From Monocercomonoides exilis PA203 (Eukaryota > Protista > Preaxostyla), in assembly GCA_001643675.2 (NCBI GenBank), contig LSRY02000027.1, forward strand, positions 992,001 to 1,056,000: DNA of 64,000 nt. The letters are read 5' to 3'. The translations under genes and the position numbers were made by a program. Positions 1 through 12,099 of the stretch are shown in pieces (position 1 is the first letter of the stretch; every line of letters begins with the position of its first letter). The notes below the pieces were generated by a model that worked only from the letters and a program-made list of their open reading frames with translations, was not told the DNA's origin and did no database searches.

Positions 1-2833
1 GAAACAAGCAGTAGTTCATCAGACTGCTTTTGTGAAATACCATTCACGCTTATGGAAACGGGCAGATTCTCATCTCCAATCGCATATTCGTGATCTTCAA
101 GATGCACTTCATTATCAAGAACAAATCCAGTTCCCAGCATTACCATTCTTTTCTGATCAGGAAAGCGCAATGCAACAGCTGCTTCAATTGTCTGGCAAGG
201 ACAATCATCAAAGCCACAGCCACTGAAATCTGTTCCTTCGCTCCCATTCACATGCACTGCTCCGTTCCACTGACGGAGAAAACACACAAGAGGGATGATG
301 TGTTCCAGACTTGCTGATCTTTCTATTCCACACAACGCTGACAGGTTGCTCAAGTCGAGAACAAAATTAAAAGTATTTTTGCTCACAATTTCTTTCAAAA
401 CATTTCCATTAATGAATATGTCCGAACCCACCTGTGCATTGCACTCTTCAAATGAAACATTTGTCAATGAAATCGAGTGAGATGAATCAGAGAAATAAAC
501 ATAAATCCCTCCTCCATATCCGCTTTGTCTGGTTTGTCCATTCTGTGCTTTCCTAGCTCTGCATTTTGAAAACTTTGTGCATTCTGTTCCGTTAACTTCA
601 ATTTTACCTTCATCCTCCACATAAATGCTCATTGCTCCACCATTTCCATCTTCACACACGCTTTCTTCCAGCATGCAATATGATACAATTATCTTTCCTC
701 CAGATGATAATGTACCTTCAGCTATAGACCCGCCTCCATTTGCTCTTGTTAATTTGCTTGAGTTTGTTGAAATGATCTCCAATACGCATGTCTCTGCTTC
801 CTGTTCAAAAGAAATTGCACAGCAACTGGAGAATCTTATCTCAAACATTCTCACTTCTTCCAAAAGGGCATATCCTGCATTCACTTTGAACACACTTGAG
901 TGAACTTCATTCTGCTCATCAACACAAGAAACATCACATTTCTTCACTGTTGTTTTTCCATTTCCACTCATCACCAGAAAACAATTGGATGTTCCATTGA
1001 CTCCATCCATGTGCTTCAAGTGGCAGTTGTTAATATCCAAAGTTCCAGTTTCCACTGTGAAAACATTATTCCCTTCAAGTGATCTGATAATTGTTTCTTC
1101 TCTCGAAATGCCAGCTAAAGAAACAAATTCTGAACCAACTTCAATTGTTTCTTCACAGAATTCACAGGAATCTGCAAGGATTGTGGTATTGGTGCTGTTT
1201 GTGTTTCTGGTTAGAGAATATTTCAGAGTTCTGCAATAAGGCACCAAACCACAACCATCACGATTAATTCCTTCACTGAAATGAGCTCTGATCTGAAAAT
1301 CTGTTTGATAATTGGGAAGCCAATCTAGTGCCTCTGAAGTTGTGCACAAATAAACATTTCGTGTGAAACAACGAACAACTCTTGTTCCTTGGGACAAAGA
1401 ATAGCATTCAACGAAATTGTCTTTCGTTAAAGAATTCCAATCACGAGAGTTTGAAATATGCACATCCACTCCACTTTGTTGAGCTGCAGTGTTGTTCTGG
1501 AACAAGCAAAATGAGCATTGAAATGTTACAGTTTCATTATCATATTGATCCCCAAGAAGAACGCATGGAGCATAAGTTTTTGCACTGTTATGCTGGAACA
1601 AATTGTTTGAGAGTGTTATGTTTGAATTTATAAGATATGTGTGAAATGCTCCAGTGTATTGTGTTTGGCATTCACCTTTTTCAAAAATATTCGATTGAAA
1701 TAAATGAGATCCACTCTGTAAATAGCCAATTATGATATGCCCTTTTCCTTTACCACTATTATTTAAAAACAACGTTGATTGAGTTGTTGATTGTTTGTTG
1801 TAAAACATTCTAATTGCTCCTCCTTCATTTGAGTGACAGTTCGTAAAAATGCAATGATCACACATAAATGAACCTTTTGTTGATTCAAAACTTACTGCTC
1901 CTCCATCATTTGTTGTACTGCATTGATCAAAAGTGCAGTTTTTGATATTCAATGAAGCATTTTGCTCGCATTGAATGGCACCACCATTTCCCGAACTGCT
2001 AACAGAAAAGAAATCATTGGAAAACGAGTTGTTGCCCGATATGAAAGGTTGTTTTGTTGAATAGTTTGAGCTGCATTTGTCAAATGACGAATTGATGCAA
2101 ATGAATGAATATTGGGCTGGAGTGACTATCAATCCGTTGTATGGATTCATGCATTTCACCATATTCGTTGAAGTTATTTCAATAATTTCAATCTCTTTTG
2201 AATGGTTGATTTGCTTTGAGCATGGAGAGGTGAGATTGAAAAAGTTGCAGTTTGCGATTGACAAAGAAAAAGCATCCATCGAACACACAAATGGAGGAGA
2301 ATCGATTCTCAACGATATGAATGAGGATTGAGAAAGAAATACCGACCCGCTGGGCTTCAAATTCAATTTTTCTTCTTGACCTGTGATAATTGGTGGACTG
2401 CTTGAAAAGTGTGCTTCGGAGAAAAATGAAATATTCTCCAAATGAATTAACCCACCTATCGATGAAAATGGAGAACGTTCGGAACAGGAGCCAATGATGG
2501 AACACGATTTCAAAACTATAGCTGAAAATGGATCAATATGCGCAACACTGGAGTATGCTCCGAACCTGAATTCAAGGGATTTCAGATGAGTCGAGCTGTT
2601 GATAATAATGAACGATTTGTCTGTGTCAGAAGAAGACAAAATCGTGGAAGAATTGTTGAAACAGTCATATTTACGAAAGATATTCTTTTTCTGAAATGGG
2701 CTTGCCTGTGATTTTTCTTGGAATTATTGAATAGTGGTTGGTTCATTTAAGTCTTCAGAGAAAATAAAAAAGGCAAACGAGCTGAGATCACAAAAGATAC
2801 AGAATGAATAAAAGCCGCGAACAAAATCAGCAT
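1..2833 (-). CDS. Large Cys/Gly-rich surface protein (beta-helix/pectin-lyase-like GGA repeats); runs off the window start; 5' end disrupted or uncertain
   Basis: One minus frame appears open from 2723 to the window edge (spot-checked) with GNGGAIQC, DGGAVSF, EGGAIRM, CGLVPYCRTLKY and CGFDDCPCQTIEAA motifs like those of the 41058-50078 protein. A signal-peptide-like MLILFAALFILYLL (ATG ~2833) lies in another frame, and there is an in-frame TAA at 2724-2726. Confidence 0.65.
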
Positions 2834-3523
2834 CACTACAAGTTATCTGTTTTCAAGAATTAAAAAATTCTTCTCGTTCTGTTGTTTGTGCTTCTTTGGA
2901 TTTATTTATATGCAGAATCAATCAAGATTTTAAGTCGAAATGCTTAGGCTGCCAAATTTGATGAACCATAAACAATATTTAACAAATAATTTAAAAAAAT
3001 TTTTTAAATATTTTATTCTCATTTTTCTCCTTCTATTTTTGCAAATGAAAATAATCATTTTTTGCTCATAAGAAATTTATCAAAAGGGCTTTCAATCTCA
3101 GAAAACTTGGCAAACAAGAGCAGTTATTATTTTTTATTTTGTTTTATTTTATTTTGAAGAAAACAAAAAGTTCAACCATTGGATTGAAGTTGCTGATTTC
3201 ACCGTCGCATTTGTCGTCATGCACGAAACAATTGTGTTTGAAAAGTGAAAGGATAAAAGAAAGAAAATTGTTTGAAACGAATTTTGGCAAAACAAAATGA
3301 GGAAAAAATAAAGACAACAATTCATTTTATAATAAAAATGAAATACCTTAAAGTTCATGTGAAAAGAAGCAAGTTGACCCATTATTTGAAATGAATGGAA
3401 ATTATTTGTATGAACTTCTCACATATTTTTGCCACAAGCATCACTCAAGAAGAACCACACACACCTTCTATTCGATTTGTTCCTCTTTCCTTCTTTGTTT
3501 TTCTGTTTTGGATGATTACCACC

Positions 3524-6500
3524 TCATTCTCTGACTTTTGCTTTTGGCGAGTTCTGGAATAACTCTTCAATCTCTTCTTGCTTCACTTCGCTGATCCTTT
3601 CCTCATCTCCCATCTCGCCATTTTCTCTCTCTTCGTCATCTTCCTCCTCCCTTTCCTCCTCCTTCTCTTTCTCTTTCTGCATCTCGTTTTCTTTCTCCTC
3701 TTCATCCTCCATCAAATCCAGTGCATCTTCAAGAACCGAAAGATCGATGATCAATTTCTTCCTTTTGATCAGCTTCTCTTCAATCTCCTTCAGAACTGCA
3801 TCCACAAATACAATTCTCTGCTTTCTCGTCTTCTTCAGCCACAGCATAAGCAACGAATACACTTCCACTCCGTTCTTCACACACAAATGAATATCTGTCC
3901 CACAAAACAACGAAATCGTAATCGTCTCCACTGTGTCATCTGCCTCTTCATCCTCATCTTTCCCATTGCCTGCTTCTCCATCTCTTCCATGGATCCTCGC
4001 ACTAGTCGCATTTCTTGCTTTATTCCCTTTCTTAGCAGTCCTTCCCGGAGAGCTTTTTCTTCCTTTCTTCTTCTTCTTCAGACCAGATGAAACCAAAGGT
4101 GATTCTGATGCTCTTGGTGTTACAGGAGACGAAGGTGAATTGACTGGATTTGTTGATCTAACAGGTGTAGACAGAGGCTGTCTTGTTGATGAGGGTTTCG
4201 GTTTCGGTGTTGTTGGCGTTGGATAAGATGAATGAGATGCAAATGAAGATGGAGATGCAAATGAAGAAGAAGAAGATGAAGATGATGATGATAGTAAAGA
4301 CGAAGAAGAAGGCGATGCAATTACAGGCTTCCTCTTCTTGGCATTGGGGCTCTGATCAGCAAGCGACGGGATGAAAATCGACTCAAACACCATCTTCTTC
4401 TTGTCTTGTGCTTGTTGGGCAGATGGAGACGAGTTCAGCGACTGGAAGCGGGAAGGTGAAGAACGGATGCGTTTGGAGGGAGAAGCTGAGCGAGAAGGAG
4501 CTGAGGAGGAAGAGGAAGAGGAAGAAGAAGAATATGAGGGAGAATATGAATGGGAAATAGACAAGCGAGATGGAGATGATGGGCGGGAAGGAAAAGGAGT
4601 GGAGGAAGGCGAATGCGAAGGAGAAAGACAAAATGAAGGAGAGGGTGAGTGAGAAGCAGAGGGAGAAACAGGCACAGACGGAGTTGGAGAATGAGTCACC
4701 TTCACACTCTTCACAGACGCTCTTCCTGAGATTGAGGTTCTTGTCTTTGTGGAGCTTTGTGTCTTTGTCGACGAGATGGTCGAATTCAGACTTAATTTTG
4801 AGTTTTTCCTGTCTGTTTTCATCATCGCACTCATTCTCTTCCTCTGCAGCCTCAGCTCTCTTTCTCTCTCTTTGGCCTCTTCTTCGAAGTTGCGAAGGTG
4901 GATTGTCTGGATCAGCGCCCAGGAGATGTACGAAGGTGAGGAAAATGAAGAAGAAGAAGAAGAGGAAGAGGAAGCTGATGATGAAGCTGATGAAGAAGAA
5001 ACTGATGTTGCTGAAGCAGAAAGAATTATTCCTTTTGCATTCAATTCCAGTTTTATGACTCCCCCAAGAATAGCCTTTGAGCAAAGGTTCTGTGCAAAAA
5101 TCGGGAATGAAGAAGGAAGTGCATTAAAAACAGAAGAAGAAGATGAAGAGGAAGAGGAAGAAGAGGAAGAATAAGCCGATTTTGCCATCTTTGCAGCAGA
5201 CTCCATCGCAATAGCCATTCTCTTTGGAAGAACAATCCCTGAAATGACGTTGTCCATCACCCGCTCTATCTTCTCTGCTTTTATTCGGTCTTTTTCCATC
5301 TTTTCTTTCTGCTTTTCGTCGATTTTTTCATTCGCTCCTACAAAACTGGCTGTCGACGAAACAAAAGTCGGAATAGAGGTTTCTTTCTCTTTCTCCTTTT
5401 CTTTCTCCCCTTCTCCTTCTTCCTTCTCCTTCTTCTCTTCATTTTCTCCTTTTCCTTCATCATTTTCTTTCTCTCCATCAGCTTTCACCTTCTGTTCCTC
5501 TTCTCCTTTTTCTCCCTGTTTGTCACCTTCTCCTTGTTTATCACCTTCTCCTTCTTTTTCTTTTTCTTCTTTGATTTCTCCTTCACATTCCTTCATATCA
5601 ATCTCCATCATCTCTCTCTTCTCTCTTTCTCTTTCTTCTCTTTGCCTTCTTCGCTCTTCTCTTCCCACAGACAGCGCAAACAAAATCTGCTCTGCAGTCA
5701 AATTCCTCAGCATTCTTTCATTCATTTCACTTTCTCCTCTTTCTTCTCCTGTCACTTCTTCTCCTTCCTCCCTTCTTCCTTCTCCTCCTCCTTCTTCTTC
5801 TTCATAGTCCTCTCCAAATGGATCAACACACTGGATGATTTCGACGTCGTCACAGAAGAACAAAGCCGGGTGAGCGGTTGCTTGTGACAAAGGAACATCC
5901 AACTGAGCATTTTCAACTTCGAGAATGTCTTTGGTTTCTGTGGAAAGAAGAAAGAAAGATATTGAAGAGAACAGAAGATATTTATATTAGAAAAAAATAA
6001 ATAGCAAGAAGAAGAAGAAAGAAATAATGAAAAGAAGAATGGCGAAAAAAGAATGAATAATTGAATAAAAGGAAAAGAGGGGAAAAGCGGTGAGAGAGAA
6101 AGATAGAAATTAATAAATATGTTTAATGAAAATAAAATGTATATAAATATAAATAAAAATTTGTAAATTAAAAAAAAATTACAAATTATTCATACTGTCC
6201 ATGATTTCTTTAGCTTTTATAATAAATCTCCTATCCAAATCGCTCAACCCTCTTTCCAGCTCACTCACATCCAATCTTTTGAGCTCGTCTTCAATCTCTT
6301 TTCTCCTCCTCCTCCTTCTCTCCCTCTCTTCCTCGTCATCCAACCCTTCCTCACCCCCTTCTCCATTGCCGTTCCCTTCTCCTCCTTCTCCTCTTTTCTT
6401 GTCTCTCAGCATCTTCTTCTTCTTCTTCTTGTTCAGCAGCGCCGACCTCCTCATCGGCGAATTCGGCCTGTTTCTGTTCTTTTCATCAAGCGACCTCAGA

Positions 6501-9244
6501 AAATCAGCATAATTCGTCGCGATTCTGTCTTCCCTTTCTTTGATCATTCTCTCTCTCTCCTTTTTCAGCCTCTCGTCTCTCTCTTCTTTCTCCTCCTTCG
6601 TCAGTGCGATGTCACGGGGGATGTATTCAATGGGGAGGCCATCGTCGAAGATGGAGAAAGGCGATGGCTGGTCGTGCCGGGAACGGGAGTGATGTGGAAT
6701 GAACTGAGAGGTTGGTTTTATTGAATTTAATTTTTTTTTAAATAATTAGAAAAATTAAAGAAGAAGAAGAAGAAGAAGAAATAAATTAAATAGAAAAAGA
6801 GGAAGAAGGGGAATAAGAAAAAAAAAGATAAACAATGAAAAAAAATATGAAAAGGAGAGCATTTTAATTGGATATTATTAAAAATTGCATCAAATAGAGA
6901 AATAATATATGAGTTTATAAAGAGATAACACAAGAATTAAAATATTATTAAGTCAATCCAAAATAAATGGAATTTAAAAAAAAAAAAGAAAGAAAGAAAG
7001 AAAAGAAAAGAAAAGAAAAGAAAGCATTCACAAACCGTTTCGACTGACTGTTTTGAAGTCTTTTTTGGTGAAGAGCCCGAAGAATATGAATCAGATGATG
7101 AGGCAGAAGTCGAATCTCTGATGAAATTCAGATCAATGAAGCCAGCAATTTCTGGAAATGGATGCGGATATCATGTGTATTGGTTGTATATGTGTTAAAA
7201 TAATCAAAAGAGAATAAATAAATAAATATGTATGTATGTTGCAAAATATTAATATAAATATAATTTAGATAGAAAAATACACAAATATTCAAAGAAAAAA
7301 AAAAAAAATAATTAAAAATAATTAAAAAGAATCAAAATGCAAAAATCAAAGAATTAACCTCAGCATTTTCTTTAATAAACAAACAAAACAGAAAAAAAAA
7401 AAAAAAACACTCCCCTACAAACTTAACGTTCTCCTTGTTCTTCTTGTATTCGGCGACGGTGAAGGCGAGCCAGACGACGACACATCTGAATACGAAGGCG
7501 AGTAATTGCTTCCTCTTCTTCTGTTTCTCCCGTCTTTGTTCGCTCTGTTATCTCCATCTCTGTCTTCAGCCACACCCCACAGCCCTCTCCTCGGCCTTTC
7601 GGGTGAATTCCGCCCCGAATTCATCCCTCTTTTGTCCCTTCCATTCATTCTATTCTCTCTTTCCCTCTCTCTCTCTCTCTCTTTCTCCTTCTCTTTCTCC
7701 TTCTCCTTCTCTTTTTCTTTCTCTCTCTCTCTCTCATCATCCATGAAATGCATAGAAATATTCGATTCTGTCTCATTTTCTGTGCTCCACGGCGTAAAAC
7801 GAGGAGACCCTTGCCGAGACGGTGACTCACTGTGTGAAGGCGAAACAGAAGAGCGCCTTCTCGATAGACTTGTGGGGGAATTAGAAGAAGAAGGAGAAGA
7901 AGGAGAAGAAGAAGAAGATGATGATGATGATGAGGCAGAAGCAGCAGAAGAAGAAGTGGAAGTGGAAGAAGAGGAAGAGGCAGAGGGTGAAGATGGAGTT
8001 GTCGCTGACTTTCCAGGTGATCCTTTACTTGGCGAAGTTGTTCTCGCCCCTCTTCCTGCGCGTGAGGGAGAAGCAGCAGACTTTGAGGATGCAGAGGGAG
8101 TCCTGTTTGGAGAAGAGGGAGAGGACTGAGAAGGCGAAGAGGCTGAAGGCGATGAATTGGAGGCAGAAAGCGATGGCGACGGTGAGTTTGGCCTGGAAGA
8201 ATAGAGAAATGACATGCTGCCTGTCTCCTTCAGTGCTTGCTCCCGCTCTTTCTTCTCTTTCTCTTTCTCTTTCTGAAGCCGTTTCTTCTTCCTCTCTTCT
8301 GCTTCCTTCTTCTTTTTCCTTTCTCTCTCTTCTTCTTCCCTCTCTTCATCGTCCTCATCCTCCTCTGAGTATGGAACGATGGTTCGTATTTCGTAGTGGC
8401 CTTTATTTCGCTCGCGCGCTGAGCGAGGCTCTCCGTATATATGCCGAAGGAGGTACCCCTGCCTCAAGTACGACCGAATCAATGAGCCAATTCTGTTCCC
8501 GTCATCTCGCTCAAATTCTGACAAAAGTGTTCCATCAACATGACTCAAAAACGGGCAGTTAAATGCAACATATGCCATTAATCTATATGCACGCTCTGCA
8601 TACGGATGGGCATTTGGTGGTACGTACTCTGCAATTGGATTTCCTTCAAGTTTAATCATTGTTAAATTTCTTAGATCAATTGCTCCTCTAAATGACGTGA
8701 TTTTGTTGTCTTCCAAAAACAAGTGTCGAAGATTCGCTAAGTTAGCAATACCATTAAAATCTCGAATTAAATTATCTTGAAGATATAATTCCTGGAGTCC
8801 TGGTAAAGAAGGCATCCCTTTAAATTCTCTAAATGAATTTTTTTGTGCAAATATTGTTTGAGGCTCTGTTCCCGCAATAAACACATAAAATATATCTTCA
8901 GTGCTTCCTTCCATTCCAGGAATTTTGTTCATTTTCCTCAAATTTGATTGCCTAATATCATATGTCTTACTTCCAAATACAGGTGTCGTTTTCGCATTGA
9001 AAGGATTTTTTTTCTGATGTGGAGATGTTTCTAACTGTTCATCTTGAAGTTTGCTTGGTTGTTGAAATATGCCCGATGATAGTGGACCATGACGAGATGG
9101 AGATATTGGTTTCTTATCAGGGCTTGTGACAAATGGTTTTGAATGTAAAGGAGAACCTGGACTTTTTGGTGACGAGGGCCTTTGGCTTTTACCAGGAGAA
9201 ATAGGTGACAATGGCTTCTGCCTAACGGTTCTAGGCGTGCTCAT
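3524..9244 (-). CDS. Leucine-rich-repeat protein (SDS22-like LRR plus LRRcap) with Ser/Glu low-complexity and coiled-coil regions, ~1619 aa, 4 exons (9244-7423, 7151-7036, 6703-6196, 5937-3524)
   Basis: LQELYLQDNLIRDF / LRHLFLEDNKITSF / LEGNPI...YRL...LSHVDG motifs; three GT-AG introns whose phases (1,0,1) join the listed ORFs into one frame. Confidence 0.8.
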
Positions 9245-9532
9245 TCCAAATCGAGTTTGAACAATGATCAGTCTCCAGTTTATGGTTTATAATTTCGAAA
9301 TTTTCTGCTTATTGATTAACAATTTTACTTTTATAATGTTGGATTTTGGTCAAGTAACAATAATCAAAAAAAGATCAAAAATCGAAGAAAAAGTATTTTT
9401 TGAAAATATTTATTTAATTTTTTAACCATTGTATCGTTGCTAAATAATGTTTGATTTTATGTTTCAATGCTGAACTAATTTATAGACAAGTGATAGTTAA
9501 ATTGATTATTTGATTCTATCTTCTTTTGAGCA
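9245..9532. promoter_or_regulatory. Probable bidirectional promoter region
   Basis: 288-bp AT-rich gap between head-to-head ATGs at 9244 (-) and 9533 (+). Confidence 0.45.
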
Positions 9533-10577
9533 ATGGCAGACGATTTTTCTGATCTTACACCTACTGTAAGAGAGCTCCGCCCATTTACTGGTAGCTTTTC
9601 GCTATCACCTTACACAGAAAGAGGAGCTTTGTTTTCAGGAACTACAGCTTTTGATGAAGATGGTAGCTCGGATTTAACAGTTTTTTCTCGCCCTGCAACT
9701 GCTTCATCTTCTGCGACTCATGACCTTCAAACGCTATCAAATACAGTATCACAGCAATCGATAGGAAAATTTTCCGTAACATCTACATTATTTTCTCAAG
9801 TGTATAATCCTCCAAGACCAAAAACTGCTCCCTCTCGGCCAAAAGCAAAATCAAAGGCAAATTCAAAAGGAAAGGCTGTAGCTCGGCCGGTCACTACAAG
9901 ACCAAAAACTTCTGCAAAAAAAGGAGCTGTAAAACCTCCTGCGAGGCCCAGTTTGTCGTATTTTCTCCTTCAATTCAAAAATAATTCAAATTCAATACAT
10001 TTATTCTTTAGAACCACCAACTCTTGATCTTGCTTTGCTTGTTAGCAAACCTGAATCTTTCACTAACAGAATGAGTATGACCCAAACCAGGTCCATGTCA
10101 AGTCCTGAAGGGTTTTCTGAATCTATTTCGGTTTGATTTTTTTTTGATCAAAAATATTTTTGCAAAGGATATCTGAATGCATAATTTTTGTTTTATAAAT
10201 TAATTCATCTGCTTTTTTATTTCATTTGTTTCAGTCAACAACTCCTCCTTTATCGGCATCTACTCTCCCATCAGAATGTCTTTCGAGAATGGCTGAGAGA
10301 GGAATTATAGTAACACAGGAAACTGCAGATATTGTAACAAAGTGTGCAGATTAAAATGAGAAAAGGCTTTATCGGTAAGAGTTAGAGAGGAAATGGTTAA
10401 TTATTTTTTTAAATAAAAATAAAACCATTGTCAGTGATCATCACCAGTCTTGATTTTTAATTATAAAACATTTTTTCGTAAACTTTGATATGTTGTGTTT
10501 CAAATTGTGCTTATGATTTTATATATTAATTTTTATTTTATTTTTCTTTATATTTTATATTTTATATTTTATATTTT

Positions 10578-10621
<44 letters not shown>

Positions 10622-10797
10622 TTTTGATTAAAAAAATTTTTTTGTTTGCTTTGTTTAATTTTTATCTTCTTTCCATTAAAGGGGACTTTTGACGGAAGAC
10701 ATTCCTTCCACAATGAGTGAACGATTACTTGTTCTTCCTGACTCAATGTTTGGTTGCAAGGTTAAGCCACCAGTTTGTGAAAATAGTAATGTCTTTC

Positions 10798-10833
<36 letters not shown>

Positions 10834-11032
10834 AAGGAAAACTTTTGATATTTCTTATCAAATGAAAAAATCTTTTCTTTTCTTTTCTTTTCTTGTTTGC
10901 ATATGTTCATTCATATGTTTTTTTTTTAATTCAATTCTGAAATTTTTAAATTAAAATTAGGAAAAGCCAGCAAAGAAAAAGAAGAAGAAGAAGGGAAAGG
11001 GAAAGGGCAAAAAGGGAAAGAAGAAGAAATAA
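9533..11032 (+). CDS. Hypothetical 264-aa protein with RPxTA motifs and a Lys/Gly C-terminal tail, possibly cilia/microtubule associated; 5 exons (9533-9950, 10012-10130, 10235-10341, 10682-10760, 10961-11032)
   Basis: Four GT-AG introns with consistent phases give a 795-nt CDS ending KPAKKKKKKKGKGKGKKGKKKK-TAA. Confidence 0.75.
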
Positions 11033-11633
11033 AATTATTTCGTTTAGTTTTCGTTCATTTGTGTTTATGACAAATCCTCTGACTTTTTTTATGCACCCAA
11101 AAATTTATCTGACTTCATCAAAATTATCTCGTTGTTGTAATTTTTAAAGGAGATAATTTTGCATTCTTTGATCTTTCTATTTTGTTGAAATTTTTTAAAT
11201 TATTTCAAAGTCATTTCAATTCATAATTTTTTTTTTTTATTTATTTCATTTTGTACATGTCTTTCATCAACTATTGCCTTTGTGATATGTTGAGTCATAT
11301 TTTTAGTCAAATGAGATTCAATTTTTTAAGTAAAGAATAATGTTGTGTGTTTTCTCGTTCATTTCTCTGTTTTGCACATCCCCTTCAATTCTGAGACATG
11401 TGAAGTTTTTTTATTAATTCAGCACTATTCTGCAAAAGAGAGGAAGTCTAAATATATTTTCTTCAATTTTTTCCCTTTTTTTCATTCATCTTTTTTTTTT
11501 TTTAATATTCTTCTTCCTCTTTTTATAATTGCATTTAATGAACGCGTTTGTAAAAAATTAGCTTCGCTTGACGTTTATTTTCGTTCTTTTTCTTTCTTTC
11601 TTTCTTTCTTTTTTTCATTTAGAGAAATTGCTT

Positions 11634-11682
<49 letters not shown>

Positions 11683-12099
11683 CCCGATATTACAAAATGT
11701 ATTAATTTCTATTTCTCGCGTTTTCCAGGAAAATTGGAAAGACATTTTATTTTTTGGAAATAAATTCGCAATAGATGAATTGTGAATTGATTTTTTTCAT
11801 TTGAATAAATACAATTTATATAAATGAACTGGGTTTTTCTTAAATGAAGTCATGTTATTTAAGATGGTTGAAGTGACACTTGAATAAAGTGCGATACACT
11901 TAAATAAATAATTCATGAAAAAATAGTGAACACTTATTATAATATTTTTGTGTTTTATCTTTCACTTTATCAACAAAAAAATTGGGAAATTCATAAAAAC
12001 TGAGATTTTTCTTTTTTCTTTAACATTATTTGATATATGTTTGAAGAAGCTATAATAAAACAAATACAGCGTGAAATGAATGTAATTATCGTTTTGTTC

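Noticed and set aside
3578-8562. Many overlapping antisense ORFs (also at 30448-32443, 44147-50143, 57360-59618, 61171-63800)
   Set aside because: Shadows of GAA/TCT low-complexity or biased coding sequence on the other strand.
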